Shown: positions 9,513 to 20,886 of the stretch, piece by piece
How positions within the stretch are numbered: the first letter of the stretch is position 1
Layout of the letters: each line of letters begins with the position of its first letter
DNA from: Myxococcota bacterium
GTDB lineage: Bacteria; Myxococcota_A; UBA9160; SZUA-336
Length of the DNA: 64,000 bases
Direction of reading: 5' to 3'
Assembly: GCA_965247115.1 (NCBI GenBank)
Contig: CBDFGR010000002.1
Location: forward strand, 2,112,001-2,176,000
Notes under the pieces: model-generated
Database searches by the model: none
Seen by the model: only the letters and a program-made list of their open reading frames with translations
Told to the model about the DNA's origin: nothing
Translations under genes and position numbers: made by a program

Positions 9513-10787
9513 CAGGCTGCGGAGAAAGTGACTGGTTGAGGGGTGGTCCTTCCGACGAGGGGGTTCACCGGCCGAGGGGCGGGGCGCGATTCCCGGTTCG
9601 AACCGGTCTTGGGCTCCGCTGATCGCGGGGCGGTTTCGCACATGACCTACGTGGCCTCCAGCAGCTTGCGGATCCGGATCAGGTTGTAGGCTGCGGCCGT
9701 GAAGGTGAAGACCCAGCCGACCCGATCCGTGCCGCGGTGTCGGGTCTTGCGCATCAGCCCCACGGTCTTCATCCAGCCGAAGACCTCTTCCACCCGTTTG
9801 CGAAAACGCTGACTCAGTTCGTAGCCCCGGTGGCGCGTCGTCCGCCCGTCGATCGCGCTGCGTCGATTCGTCGTGTTCTGCGCCACGTGTGGGGTCACGC
9901 CCAACTCTCGAAGCTCTTCCACGAACCCCTTCGTGTCGAAGCCCTTGTCTCCGCCCAATGTCCTCCGACGCCCGCCTCCCAGACCTTCCACCATCTCGAG
10001 CGCCGCTTCGCGCTCCGCATATCCCGACGCCTGCGTGAGCTTCGCCGCGACCACCAAGCCGTTCCGGTTCTCCGTCACCACGTGTCCCTGGTACGCGAGT
10101 CGGGCGCCTTGGCCTCTCATACCGGCGAGTCGTGCGTCGGGATCCGTCGTCGACGCATGCGTCTGGTTGCTCCGCTTCTCGCCTCGGAAGTTCACCGTCG
10201 GGTTGCCCGGGTCATCGTCGTCTCTCCGTTCCTCGTCCTTCCGTACGAAGCTCTTCTGGCTCGCCCACGCCTCGATCAGCGTCCCGTCTACCGTGAAGTG
10301 CTCCAACGACACCCATCCCTCGGTCTCGGCCTGCTCCAGCACTGCGTCGAAGAAGTGCTCGGCAATCTCGCCCTTGAGCAGCCGGTCTCGGTTCTTCGTG
10401 AACACCGTGGCGCTGAACACCACCTCGTCAAGCTCCAGACCCACGAACCAGCGATACAGCAGGTTGTACTCCAGCTGCTCCACCAGCTGCCGCTCGCTCC
10501 GGATGGTGTAGAGCACCTGCAGCAGCAGGGCGCGCAGCAGCTGCTCCGGGGGCACGGACGGGCGCCCTACGCCTCTGGCGTAGATCGCGTCGAAGCGCGG
10601 CGATAGCCGCTGCAGCGCCGTGTCGACCATGCGCCGCATCGCTCGAAGCGGATGATCATCCGGAATCCGCGACTCCAGCGACACGTAGCTGAACATCCCG
10701 CCCTGAAGCGTCCCCTGTCCTCTCACGCCTCCCCCTTTGGGGCTCGCTCCCAAGGTACCCTTCGATGAGGAGTTTTTCAGCAGCCTG
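9513..10787 (-). mobile_element. IS5-family insertion sequence, copy 1 (1,275 bp)
   Basis: Imperfect TIRs CAGGCTGCGGAGAAAG/CAGGCTGCTGAAAAAC; CTAG on both sides (9509-9512, 10788-10791). Confidence 0.9.
9647..10726 (-). CDS. IS5-family DDE transposase
   Basis: MFSYVSLE..HPLR, GRPSVPPE, RSERQL, VDGTLIEAWAS, GDKGFD, RKRVEEVFGW. Confidence 0.92.
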   Translation of the reverse strand: MRGQGTLQGGMFSYVSLESRIPDDHPLRAMRRMVDTALQRLSPRFDAIYARGVGRPSVPPEQLLRALLLQVLYTIRSERQLVEQLEYNLLYRWFVGLELDEVVFSATVFTKNRDRLLKGEIAEHFFDAVLEQAETEGWVSLEHFTVDGTLIEAWASQKSFVRKDEERRDDDDPGNPTVNFRGEKRSNQTHASTTDPDARLAGMRGQGARLAYQGHVVTENRNGLVVAAKLTQASGYAEREAALEMVEGLGGGRRRTLGGDKGFDTKGFVEELRELGVTPHVAQNTTNRRSAIDGRTTRHRGYELSQRFRKRVEEVFGWMKTVGLMRKTRHRGTDRVGWVFTFTAAAYNLIRIRKLLEAT

Positions 10788-12404
10788 CTAGAGGCCCGGC
10801 TCGCCCGCGGCGCGCGCGCGCTCGAGGCGGCTCGCCTCGTCGCGCTCCAGGTGGCGGCAGGCGAGCAGTAGAAGCGCGACCGTCGCCAGGATGGCCAAGA
10901 GCGCGAGCAGCATCGCCGAGCGCAGCGCCTCCGCATCCGTTTGCCCGCCCGCCTCGAGCGCGTCGCTGAGGCGGCCGATCGTGTAGGGACCGAGCGCGAG
11001 CCCGACAAACGTGACCGTGAGGATGTAGAACGCCGACGCCGTGGCGCGCATGCGCGGCATGACCAGGTCGTTGACCGTGGTCGCGGCGGGGCCGATCCAC
11101 ATGTACGTGCCCAGGGCGAGCGCCACATTCATCAGGTATGCGAACCACACCTTGTCGGTCAGGAGCATGCCGACGATGAAGGGCACGGGTGCGACCGCGG
11201 CGAAGAGTCCCACGTAGAGCCGGGCGTTTGGCGTGTGTCGGCGCAGCCAGTCGGACACGACGCCTCCGAGGGTCACACCGGCCCAGCCTACAATGGCGGC
11301 GGTCAGACCGAGCACGGTGCCGGTCTCGGCCGCGCTGAGACCGTGCATCCGTTGAAAGAAGGGCGGCACCCAGAAGCCGAGGCCGTAGCCCGTGAACGCG
11401 AGAAGCGAGAACCCACCCGCGCTGTAGAGGAGCGCGCGGCTCCCGAAGATCATCTGAAACGTCGCGGCGTCGCGCAGCACCAGGCCCTGCGCCCAAGAGA
11501 TCGCACCATAGAGACCGATCCCGAGGGCGATCCACTGCTCCGGGTTTCCGAGCCAGGCGATTAGGCCCGCGGCCAAGAGCGCTATGGCAGCCGCGATGGC
11601 CACGTTCAGGCCAAGGGCCCTCCGGGACGCGCCACTTCGCACGAGGCTCCAAATGGTGAAGGGCGGCAGCACCGCGAGCAGCTCGCGCAGGGGCTCCCGA
11701 AAGGGATGGAGGTTCGGCTTGGGAGGTGCCAGCCCCTCGCTCTGGCCGCGCACAGGCTCCCGCAGGGTCCAGACCCAGACCGCGAGCAGGAGACCGGGCA
11801 GGCCGACGGCGAAGAAGGCTGCCTGCCAGCCGACCAGTCCGAACGGGGCCCCGCCGGCTTCGAAAGCGCGATTCCACGAGTCGGAGATTATTCCGCCGAG
11901 GAAGATCCCGATGCCCGCTCCGATGTTTCCGCCGCTCGAGTAGATCGAGAGGACGGTTGCGCGCAGCCGGGGTGGAAAGTAGTCACTCAACAGCGAAAAT
12001 GCGGCCGGGGTCGCACTCGCTTCGCCAATACCGACCCCGACGCGGAACACCGCCAGGCTGCCGAAGCCGCGCGCAATGCCCGATAGGGCCGTCATGACGC
12101 TCCAGAAGGACAGTCCCAGCGAGATCAATCTCGTGCGCACCCACACGTCGGCCAGCCGACCGAGCGGGATCCCGAACATCGCGTAGAACACCGCGAAGGC
12201 GGTGCCGTACAAGAACGCCAGCTGGGCGTCGGAGAGACCGAGGTCGGCTTTGATCTGCTCCGCGAGGATCGACAGGATGTGCCGGTCGAGGAAGTTGAAC
12301 ACGTACACGATGACGAGCACGCCGAGCACGTAGCGGGGGTACGGCCCGCCGACCTCCGAGCTCGGATGGGCGGGCTTCGGGTCGGGCGCAGCGGGGGCGG
12401 GCAT
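10788..12404 (-). CDS. MFS transporter (Spinster-like)
   Basis: FNFLDRHILSIL, GRLADVWVR, GVGIGEAS, SDYFPP; many hydrophobic segments. Confidence 0.9.
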   Translation of the reverse strand: MPAPAAPDPKPAHPSSEVGGPYPRYVLGVLVIVYVFNFLDRHILSILAEQIKADLGLSDAQLAFLYGTAFAVFYAMFGIPLGRLADVWVRTRLISLGLSFWSVMTALSGIARGFGSLAVFRVGVGIGEASATPAAFSLLSDYFPPRLRATVLSIYSSGGNIGAGIGIFLGGIISDSWNRAFEAGGAPFGLVGWQAAFFAVGLPGLLLAVWVWTLREPVRGQSEGLAPPKPNLHPFREPLRELLAVLPPFTIWSLVRSGASRRALGLNVAIAAAIALLAAGLIAWLGNPEQWIALGIGLYGAISWAQGLVLRDAATFQMIFGSRALLYSAGGFSLLAFTGYGLGFWVPPFFQRMHGLSAAETGTVLGLTAAIVGWAGVTLGGVVSDWLRRHTPNARLYVGLFAAVAPVPFIVGMLLTDKVWFAYLMNVALALGTYMWIGPAATTVNDLVMPRMRATASAFYILTVTFVGLALGPYTIGRLSDALEAGGQTDAEALRSAMLLALLAILATVALLLLACRHLERDEASRLERARAAGEPGL

Positions 12405-13200
12405 CGGCCGATTCTACCCCCGGTTTTCCGACGCCGGCTCTGGCGCTGCGCTCAGGCCGGGCTGGCTGGCGGCCGATCCGGTCTCCGATGTCGAACGCTG
12501 CCGAGCGGGGTGCCGGTGGAGGGATTTTCCTGAGCCGGACACAGGCATTCGAATCCAAGGGGCGGGGCAGAACTCGCGCGTGAGCGAGTCTCCATACCGG
12601 GAGAATTGGACGCGGCCGGCAACCCGGATAACTTCCACACCATCAGGATCAGTAGAAGGCCTACGCGGCGCATCCGGCACATGGCCGCCTAGCGGGTGCT
12701 TGCAACGACGTATGCTCTGCCCACTTTGCGACGATGGAGACGCCTGCACTATCGACGACACCGGGCATCATGTCACTTGGTCGGCGTTGCAGCGACGGGT
12801 GATGAGGTTCGCACCGGCCATAGCCATTGGGATGAGGGACGCGAGAGACGAGGTGATACCAAACGGGGAGGGTATCCCAGTAGGCGACCTGGGCGATCAC
12901 GCCGACGACCAGCAGAGCCAGCCCGGCAAGGGGTCCGATCCGCGTGAAGACGGGGTTGGCAATCCAGCCGGAGATGGCGAAACCGTTTCGCACAATGACC
13001 AATCTCCCCGCGCCTCCGAGTTGGTAGTGATTATACACAGTCGGGTAGGAGGGCGGGAACGCGTACACTTGGGGGGTAACCAGGATATCAGCGGATCCAA
13101 ACGGATCCGGAGAGTGTGGTACGCTGCCGACCGCGCGAGCGGACGCAACGGGGTGCGCGATGTCGGAGCCGAGTGGGAAGGAGCGCGACGGGTACCTGGC

Positions 13201-13602
<402 letters not shown>

Positions 13603-13891
13603 CCGGAGGTCAGAGCAGGAACTTGGCCGTGTGGAAGGTGGTGCGAAGCTCGCGCCGTACGCGAGTGCGAGCATGTACACAAAAGCGAGGGCTGGCCAGC
13701 CGCGACCGTAGACGTGCACTGCAGCGCGAAGACGAAGAACACCAGAAGGGCGAGCGCCGCGGGCAAGCCGAACGTCGGCTCCCCCGGGCTCGCGGCCTTG
13801 GAGGCGGACGGCGTGATCGGGGATACGCTTTTCGACTAGCTCCGAAGGGCGCTGCGTGTATACTCCTCGGGGTCGCGAACGAGGAGTTCCG

Positions 13892-15079
13892 ATGCAGTGT
13901 CGAGCCGCCGTCGCCGGTGTGGGCGAGTCGAACTACTACAAGCGAGGCGGCGCCCCCGAGACCGAGTTTCAGCTGGCGTGCATTGCCATCCGCAATGCGG
14001 TGGAAGACGCGGGTCTCGGGCTCTCGGACGTAGACGGCTTCGTGTCGTACGTGGACTCGCGCAACGACCCCGTGCTCCTCTCGTCCGCGCTCGGTCTTTC
14101 CAAGGTGGACTTCACCGCGCAGACGTACGGCGGGGGCGGAAACGGAGTAGGGTCTGCGGTCGCGATCGCGGATGCCGCGGTCATCGCGGGGTACGCGCAA
14201 CACGTCGTGGTGTTCCGCGCGGTGGCCCAGGGCCAGTTCGAGCGCTTCGGGCAGGCCATGATCGGCTGGTCCACGATGTCACAAAAAACAGGCCGGACGC
14301 GCGCCCCCGCGCCCGACGCCTACACGGCGCCGTACGGCTTGGTCAGCGCGGCCCAGGTCAACGCGATGCAGACCCAGCGGTATATGTACGAGCACGGCCT
14401 GGGGCAGGACGCCCTCGCGGACGTAACGCTGGCCTGCTACGAGCACGCGCAGCACAACCCGCGGGCCCTGCGCTACGGCACGCCGCTCTCGCGCGAGGAC
14501 TACCACGCGTCGCGCTGGATCGCCGAGCCCTTTCACCTGTACGACTGCTGCCCCGAAAACGACGGGGCCGCGGCTGTGGTGGTGACGACGACTGAGCGCG
14601 CGCGCGACCTGCGCCACGCGGCCGTCCCGATTTTGGCCGCCGCGCAGGGGCTCGAACGAGGCGGTGGGATCGGCGCGTTCAACGAGACGCCCTTTCCCAC
14701 CGCGCACATGCGCCCCGTCGGCGAGCGCCTGTGGGGGCGGGCGGGGGTGACGGCCGCGGACGTGGACGTGGCGCAGTTCTACGAGAACTTCACCGGGCCG
14801 GTGCTCATCGCGATCAGCGAGATGGGCTTCTGCGAACCCGAGGGACTGAACGAGTTCGTTGGGAACGACCGGCTGCTGTGGAAGAGCGGGGGCCTGCCCC
14901 TGAACACGAGCGGCGGGAACATCGGCGAGGCGTACATCCACGGCTTCGGGCTCGTGAACGAGGCCGTGCGCCAGATCCGCGGCGACTCGACGTGCCAGGT
15001 CGAGGACGCCGGGCTCAGCCTGGTCGTGGGGGGGCCGGGCTACGCACTGGGTAGCGCTGTGCTGTTCTGTCGAGACTGA
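13892..15079 (+). CDS. SCP-x-type thiolase / lipid-transfer (Ltp-like) protein
   Basis: AVAGVG, HAQHNPRA, DCCPENDGAAA, LNTSGG..EAYIHG. Confidence 0.88.
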   Translation: MQCRAAVAGVGESNYYKRGGAPETEFQLACIAIRNAVEDAGLGLSDVDGFVSYVDSRNDPVLLSSALGLSKVDFTAQTYGGGGNGVGSAVAIADAAVIAGYAQHVVVFRAVAQGQFERFGQAMIGWSTMSQKTGRTRAPAPDAYTAPYGLVSAAQVNAMQTQRYMYEHGLGQDALADVTLACYEHAQHNPRALRYGTPLSREDYHASRWIAEPFHLYDCCPENDGAAAVVVTTTERARDLRHAAVPILAAAQGLERGGGIGAFNETPFPTAHMRPVGERLWGRAGVTAADVDVAQFYENFTGPVLIAISEMGFCEPEGLNEFVGNDRLLWKSGGLPLNTSGGNIGEAYIHGFGLVNEAVRQIRGDSTCQVEDAGLSLVVGGPGYALGSAVLFCRD

Positions 15080-15089
15080 GGGAGGCCAC

Positions 15090-15521
15090 GTGGCCCGTAC
15101 CATGCCAGACGAATGGGTGCTGCCGGCGATCGAACCGCGGACCGAGGCCTTCTTCACCACCGGGCGACTTCTGCTCCAGCGATGTACGGCGTGTGAGTTC
15201 ATCCAACACCCGCCCGAGGACGTGTGCCACCGCTGCCAGGGAATGGACTTCGACACGCGCGAAGTGGCGGGGCGCGGGACGATCTACAGTCACACGGTCG
15301 TGAGACACCCGGTCCACCCCATGCTCGAGGAGGCGGTGCCCTACACCGTGGTGCTCGTGAGCCTGGACGAGGTCCCGCACGTGCGCGTAACCGGCAACCT
15401 CGTCGACGTCCCACCCGAAGAGGCGCGCATCGGTATGCCCGTGCGCGCGGTGTGGGAGGAGGTCACCGACCCCGAGTCGGGCGGGAAGCTGCTGCTGCCC
15501 CAGTGGGAGCGCGCTACCTAG
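15090..15521 (+). CDS. Zn-ribbon/OB-fold DUF35 protein
   Basis: QRCTAC..CHRC, GTIYSHT, IGMPVRA; directly follows the thiolase. Confidence 0.88.
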   Translation: MARTMPDEWVLPAIEPRTEAFFTTGRLLLQRCTACEFIQHPPEDVCHRCQGMDFDTREVAGRGTIYSHTVVRHPVHPMLEEAVPYTVVLVSLDEVPHVRVTGNLVDVPPEEARIGMPVRAVWEEVTDPESGGKLLLPQWERAT

Positions 15522-15623
15522 GAATCACGGGCAGCAGCAGGTACGACGCCATGTCCTCTGGTGGTAGACGCTCTGTTCGGCCGTAGAGCCCGGACAGGTG
15601 CGAGGCCGCCCTCGCGCCCCTCT

Positions 15624-16826
15624 CTACACCTCCACGCGGTACAGGCGCGCCGCGTTGTCCTGCAGGATCTTGCGGCGCGTGGTCTCGCTCCAGTCGGCGG
15701 TCACGTCGGCGAGGTACTCCTGGACGTCGGGGTACTTGCAGGTGGGGTGCGGGAAGTCGGTCTCGAACATGATGTTGTCTTCGCCGATCTCCTCGATCAG
15801 CTTCTTGGGCGCCGTGCGCTCGAACCAGAAGGTGCTGTAGATCTGGCGGCGGAAGTAGTCAGAGGGGGCCATGGGGACCGGGAGCTCGCTCTTCGAGTCC
15901 GTCTCCGTCCACTCATAGTCGAGCGCCTCCAGCAGGAACGGGATCCAGCCGATTCCGCTCTCGACCGACACGATCTTCACCTGGGGGAAGCGCTCGAGAA
16001 TGCCGGAGTAGAGCAGGTTGGAGACCACCCGCGCGTTCTCCATGAACAGGTTCGTGGAGCCCAGTGCCAGGCGGCGGAGCTCTCCCATCGACGGCCAGGC
16101 GGCGCGCCCCCACATGTTCAAGGAGGTCTGGCTCGCCGCGATGTGGAAGTTGACCGGCACCTCGAGGTCGTTGCAGACCTCCCAGAAAGGCGACCACGCG
16201 TCTTCGGACAGGTCGGGCATGCCGACGCTGTCGGGGTCGCTGCACATCACGATCCCCCGCAGCCCGATCTCCTTCGAGCGCCGCACCTCGTCGACACAGT
16301 GGTCGACGTTCCACCAGGGCATGAGCGCCATCGGCAGGATGCGATCGCCCGACTCCGCCTGGATCTCGGCCATGGCGTCGTTGTAGACGGTGGCGCAGAG
16401 CTTGCGCAGCTCCAAGTCCTCGACCTTGAGGAAGTTCTGGTTCCCGAAGCCGGCGAGGTTCGGATAGAGGATCTGGGCGTGGAGTCCGAAGTCGTTGAGC
16501 AGCGACACGCGCGCCTTCATGTCGTACGACGCCACATGTACTTCTTCGTGACTCCAACGTTCGAACTCGAGGCCAATCGACTTGGAGCCGTCCTTGCGGA
16601 TCGTGCTCACAGTGTTATAAGCGACCGACCCGAGGTCGATGTCGCGATTCACCATCCAGTGGCGTTCGCCGTCGACCTCCCGAACGTGTGGCAAGAGCTC
16701 CTTGTAGCCCGCGGGAGCGCGCGAGCTCCACAGGTCGAGCGGCTCGGAGATGTGGCTGTCGGTGTCGATGATCTTGAGGCTTCGGATCGAGGCCTCGACC
16801 TCAGCGGACGACGCGGGCTGGGTCAT
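15624..16826 (-). CDS. Amidohydrolase_2 family protein
   Basis: IIDTDSH, LYPN, VNFH, VESGIGW, MFETDFPH. Confidence 0.9.
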   Translation of the reverse strand: MTQPASSAEVEASIRSLKIIDTDSHISEPLDLWSSRAPAGYKELLPHVREVDGERHWMVNRDIDLGSVAYNTVSTIRKDGSKSIGLEFERWSHEEVHVASYDMKARVSLLNDFGLHAQILYPNLAGFGNQNFLKVEDLELRKLCATVYNDAMAEIQAESGDRILPMALMPWWNVDHCVDEVRRSKEIGLRGIVMCSDPDSVGMPDLSEDAWSPFWEVCNDLEVPVNFHIAASQTSLNMWGRAAWPSMGELRRLALGSTNLFMENARVVSNLLYSGILERFPQVKIVSVESGIGWIPFLLEALDYEWTETDSKSELPVPMAPSDYFRRQIYSTFWFERTAPKKLIEEIGEDNIMFETDFPHPTCKYPDVQEYLADVTADWSETTRRKILQDNAARLYRVEV

Positions 16827-16969
16827 TTGGGGATCTCCTTTTTGACTTGGGCTAGTCTACACGGACTGGACGATGGGCACAGGACAAACAGGCTGCGTTT
16901 CGGCTCCAGGTCCGAGTAGGGGCGCTCTGTAAAGCCGGCAGGGGGAAGAGCTTGCCGATCATGCGCACG

Positions 16970-18043
16970 TCACAGCGACGCCGCGAAGCCGTGGACGTCG
17001 CGGATCGACGCGTAGTAGACGTCGGGCATGACGGCCAGCAGCTCGGTGTCGCCGCCGTGATTCGTGCCGTTGATCGTGCGGCTCAGCGTCGGAACACCGG
17101 CGGCCATCAGCCTTCGCGCGTAGTGGAGTCCCTCGTCGCGCAGCGGGTCCAGCTCGTTCACCGAGATCGCGTGCGGCGGGAGTCCCGCCAGGTCCTCCAC
17201 GCTCGCGCGGTAGGGCCACGCCAACGGGTTGTCGGCGTTCTCCCCGCCCGGGTCGTAGGCCGTGGCGAGGACCTGCATCATGTCCGCATCCACCGCGTAC
17301 CCCGCGTTCTCGTGCAGAGAGGTCAGCTCGGGGGGTGCGGGACTGTAGGTGCCGGAGATGTACGGGCACATCGCGTACACGCCCGCGATCTTGTGAATCC
17401 AGCCCTCGCGCTTGGCCTTGAGCGCCAGGGCGAGGCTCAGGTTTCCGCCCCCGGACTCGCCCGAGACGACGAGCTGCGAGATGCCGAGCGCGTCGCGATT
17501 TTCGTGCGTCCAGTGCGCGCCCGCGGCGCAGTCGTCGAGACCGGCGGGGAACGGACAGGGACCGAGCTTGCCCGCCGAGTTGCGGAACTCGACCCCGACG
17601 ACGCTCAGCCCCGTGGCGGCCAGCTCGTCCCGCCATCGGGTGGACTGGGGATCGGCCGCGGCGCAGATGGCCATGCCGCCGCCGTGGGTGTGCAGGATGC
17701 CGGGCCGCGGGCCGGCTCGCCCGGAGGGCTCGTGGATGAAGAGGCGGATCTCGTTGCCGTCCTGCCCCTTGATGACCTCGGTTCGCCGGGCGACACCGGT
17801 CACCGGGGGAAGGCGGCCGAACATCTCCCGATAGACCGCGTCGAGGCCGGCTTCGAGGGCGCCGACGTACTCGAGGATCTCTGCATAGGAGGAGCCCGGT
17901 CCGACGGAGGGCGCCTCCTCGGCGGCGTCCATGCCCGACTGGGCCAGGGATGCGATGACTCGCGGGTCGGTGCGCGGGTCCGTGGCGAGGGTGAGGTTCG
18001 GGTCGCCCAGTCTGCCGGGCAGTTTCGGCGAAGCTGCGGTCAC
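16970..18043 (-). CDS. Alpha/beta hydrolase (HSL-family esterase)
   Basis: HGGG, GESGGG, ELDPLRDEG, catalytic His in TNHG. Confidence 0.9.
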   Translation of the reverse strand: MTAASPKLPGRLGDPNLTLATDPRTDPRVIASLAQSGMDAAEEAPSVGPGSSYAEILEYVGALEAGLDAVYREMFGRLPPVTGVARRTEVIKGQDGNEIRLFIHEPSGRAGPRPGILHTHGGGMAICAAADPQSTRWRDELAATGLSVVGVEFRNSAGKLGPCPFPAGLDDCAAGAHWTHENRDALGISQLVVSGESGGGNLSLALALKAKREGWIHKIAGVYAMCPYISGTYSPAPPELTSLHENAGYAVDADMMQVLATAYDPGGENADNPLAWPYRASVEDLAGLPPHAISVNELDPLRDEGLHYARRLMAAGVPTLSRTINGTNHGGDTELLAVMPDVYYASIRDVHGFAASL

Positions 18044-19213
18044 GTCGTCGTCCTCCTCGCTTCCTAAGGGTCTCTACCATACACCGGGAGCGGCCGGGTC
18101 GTGAGCTAATCCCGCCCGGAGCCAGCAGCTTCAGTACCAGGTCCGTGGTCGTGTCTAGGTGGCCAGGCGCTTGGCTTCGTCGTCGGCGCTCGGCTCTTCG
18201 ATCTTGTAGAGGTCGCGCCCGTTCTCCCACAAGATCTTGCGTCGCACCGACTCCTCGCAGTCCGCGAGCCCGGCGTCGATGCGCTTGTGCACCTCGTCGC
18301 CGTAGAGCGAGGTGGGGTGGGGGAAGTCGGTCTCGAACAGGATGTTGTCGACACCCACCTTGTCGATCAAGCGCCGCGGGGCGACCTGCTCGAACCAGTA
18401 GCAGGCGTAGATGTTACGGGCGAAGTACTCCGAGGGATTCAGCTCGAAGGCGGGGTTCTCCTGGCGCACCCGGTTGCCGTGGAACTGGTAGTCGAGAGCC
18501 TCGAGGGTAAAGGGGATCCAGCCGATGCCGCTCTCCACCGAGACGAACTTGATGTCGGGATAGCGGTTGAGCACCCCCGACATGATGAGGTCGCCCAGGC
18601 ACATGCCGTTCTGCAGGAACAGGTCGACCCCAATGGAGGTGAAGGCCGCCATGCGACCGTAGGTCTCCGTCTTGGAGCGGAACTGCTCGAAGCCGAAGTC
18701 CCCCGAACCGATGTGGAAGCTGATCGGCAGGTTCAGCTCGACCGCGGTCTCCCAGATCGGGTTCCACTGCCGGTCGCCCAGCAGGGGCTGCCCCAGGGTC
18801 TGGGGTGCGCCGCTGAACAGGATGCCGCGGTGCCCCATCTCGGCGCAGCGCCGCACCTCGGCCACCGACGCCTCCACATCCCAGAAGGGCAGCGAGGTGA
18901 TCGGGAGCAGGCGGCGCGAATCGGCCTCGGCCCACTCGCTCTGCCAGTCGTTGTAGATCTGGACGCAGCAGAGCATGAGCTCCGGATCGTTCAGCTTGAG
19001 AAATTCCTGCGCCCCAAAGCCCCCGACGTTCGGGTACATGACCATCGCCCAGATGCCGAGCTGGTCCATGTAGGCGAGACGCGCTTTGGCGTCGTAGGCG
19101 CCCGGGTGCATATCCTCGTAGCGCTTGGGCGGATCGTCGATTGTGCCGACCCCCGCCGTCGCCGTCTCCCCCGGATTCGAGAACATCGACTCACCCCCGA
19201 GCACCCAGCCTAG

Positions 19214-20488
19214 CAGGCTGCTGAAAAACTCCTCATCGAAGGGTACCTTGGGAGCGAGCCCCAAAGGGGGAGGCGTGAGAGGACAGGGGACGCTTCAGGG
19301 CGGGATGTTCAGCTACGTGTCGCTGGAGTCGCGGATTCCGGATGATCATCCGCTTCGAGCGATGCGGCGCATGGTCGACACGGCGCTGCAGCGGCTATCG
19401 CCGCGCTTCGACGCGATCTACGCCAGAGGCGTAGGGCGCCCGTCCGTGCCCCCGGAGCAGCTGCTGCGCGCCCTGCTGCTGCAGGTGCTCTACACCATCC
19501 GGAGCGAGCGGCAGCTGGTGGAGCAGCTGGAGTACAACCTGCTGTATCGCTGGTTCGTGGGTCTGGAGCTTGACGAGGTGGTGTTCAGCGCCACGGTGTT
19601 CACGAAGAACCGAGACCGGCTGCTCAAGGGCGAGATTGCCGAGCACTTCTTCGACGCAGTGCTGGAGCAGGCCGAGACCGAGGGATGGGTGTCGTTGGAG
19701 CACTTCACGGTAGACGGGACGCTGATCGAGGCGTGGGCGAGCCAGAAGAGCTTCGTACGGAAGGACGAGGAACGGAGAGACGACGATGACCCGGGCAACC
19801 CGACGGTGAACTTCCGAGGCGAGAAGCGGAGCAACCAGACGCATGCGTCGACGACGGATCCCGACGCACGACTCGCCGGTATGAGAGGCCAAGGCGCCCG
19901 ACTCGCGTACCAGGGACACGTGGTGACGGAGAACCGGAACGGCTTGGTGGTCGCGGCGAAGCTCACGCAGGCGTCGGGATATGCGGAGCGCGAAGCGGCG
20001 CTCGAGATGGTGGAAGGTCTGGGAGGCGGGCGTCGGAGGACATTGGGCGGAGACAAGGGCTTCGACACGAAGGGGTTCGTGGAAGAGCTTCGAGAGTTGG
20101 GCGTGACCCCACACGTGGCGCAGAACACGACGAATCGACGCAGCGCGATCGACGGGCGGACGACGCGCCACCGGGGCTACGAACTGAGTCAGCGTTTTCG
20201 CAAACGGGTGGAAGAGGTCTTCGGCTGGATGAAGACCGTGGGGCTGATGCGCAAGACCCGACACCGCGGCACGGATCGGGTCGGCTGGGTCTTCACCTTC
20301 ACGGCCGCAGCCTACAACCTGATCCGGATCCGCAAGCTGCTGGAGGCCACGTAGGTCATGTGCGAAACCGCCCCGCGATCAGCGGAGCCCAAGACCGGTT
20401 CGAACCGGGAATCGCGCCCCGCCCCTCGGCCGGTGAACCCCCTCGTCGGAAGGACCACCCCTCAACCAGTCACTTTCTCCGCAGCCTG
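19214..20488 (+). mobile_element. IS5-family insertion sequence, copy 2 (inverted relative to copy 1)
   Basis: Same 1,275-bp sequence; CTAG duplication at 19210-19213 and 20489-20492. Confidence 0.92.
19275..20354 (+). CDS. IS5-family DDE transposase
   Basis: Protein identical to 9647-10726. Confidence 0.92.
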   Translation: MRGQGTLQGGMFSYVSLESRIPDDHPLRAMRRMVDTALQRLSPRFDAIYARGVGRPSVPPEQLLRALLLQVLYTIRSERQLVEQLEYNLLYRWFVGLELDEVVFSATVFTKNRDRLLKGEIAEHFFDAVLEQAETEGWVSLEHFTVDGTLIEAWASQKSFVRKDEERRDDDDPGNPTVNFRGEKRSNQTHASTTDPDARLAGMRGQGARLAYQGHVVTENRNGLVVAAKLTQASGYAEREAALEMVEGLGGGRRRTLGGDKGFDTKGFVEELRELGVTPHVAQNTTNRRSAIDGRTTRHRGYELSQRFRKRVEEVFGWMKTVGLMRKTRHRGTDRVGWVFTFTAAAYNLIRIRKLLEAT

Positions 20489-20886
20489 CTAGGCTCCCGT
20501 CGGCGTTCTTCTCGACGCGCGGGACGCGGTCGCGCATCGAGGCCGGAGCGCGGCTGGTCCAGAGGTCTGGGGTCTCGGTGACGTGGGTGTCGGCATCGAT
20601 GATGGTGTAGCCGCTCATGGCGATGTCCTCGCGGATGAAGGTTCGGACCCGAGACGCGGCCAGTATACCACCGCTCCACACCTGGAACTACCCCGGTTCC
20701 GTGGACCGCTGAGCGCTGAGGATACTCCTCGGGTGCTCGTGGCTGATGTCTTTGATCTTCTATCCAAAGGACTCCCCTGACTCGGCCCCGAAGCGCGCAG
20801 CCCGCCGTCCAGCTCGGCCTGCTTGTCATCGTGGATCTTGGTCGTGTAGCATGAATTCGCCTTAGCGAGTAGAGGAGGAGAGGGAA

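Larger units (their letters stand above)
18155..20618 (-). pseudogene. Amidohydrolase_2 gene interrupted by IS5 copy 2
   Basis: N-terminus MSGYTIIDADTH..NADGSL (20618-20489) continues as GWVLGGE..FETDFPH below 19213. Confidence 0.9.
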
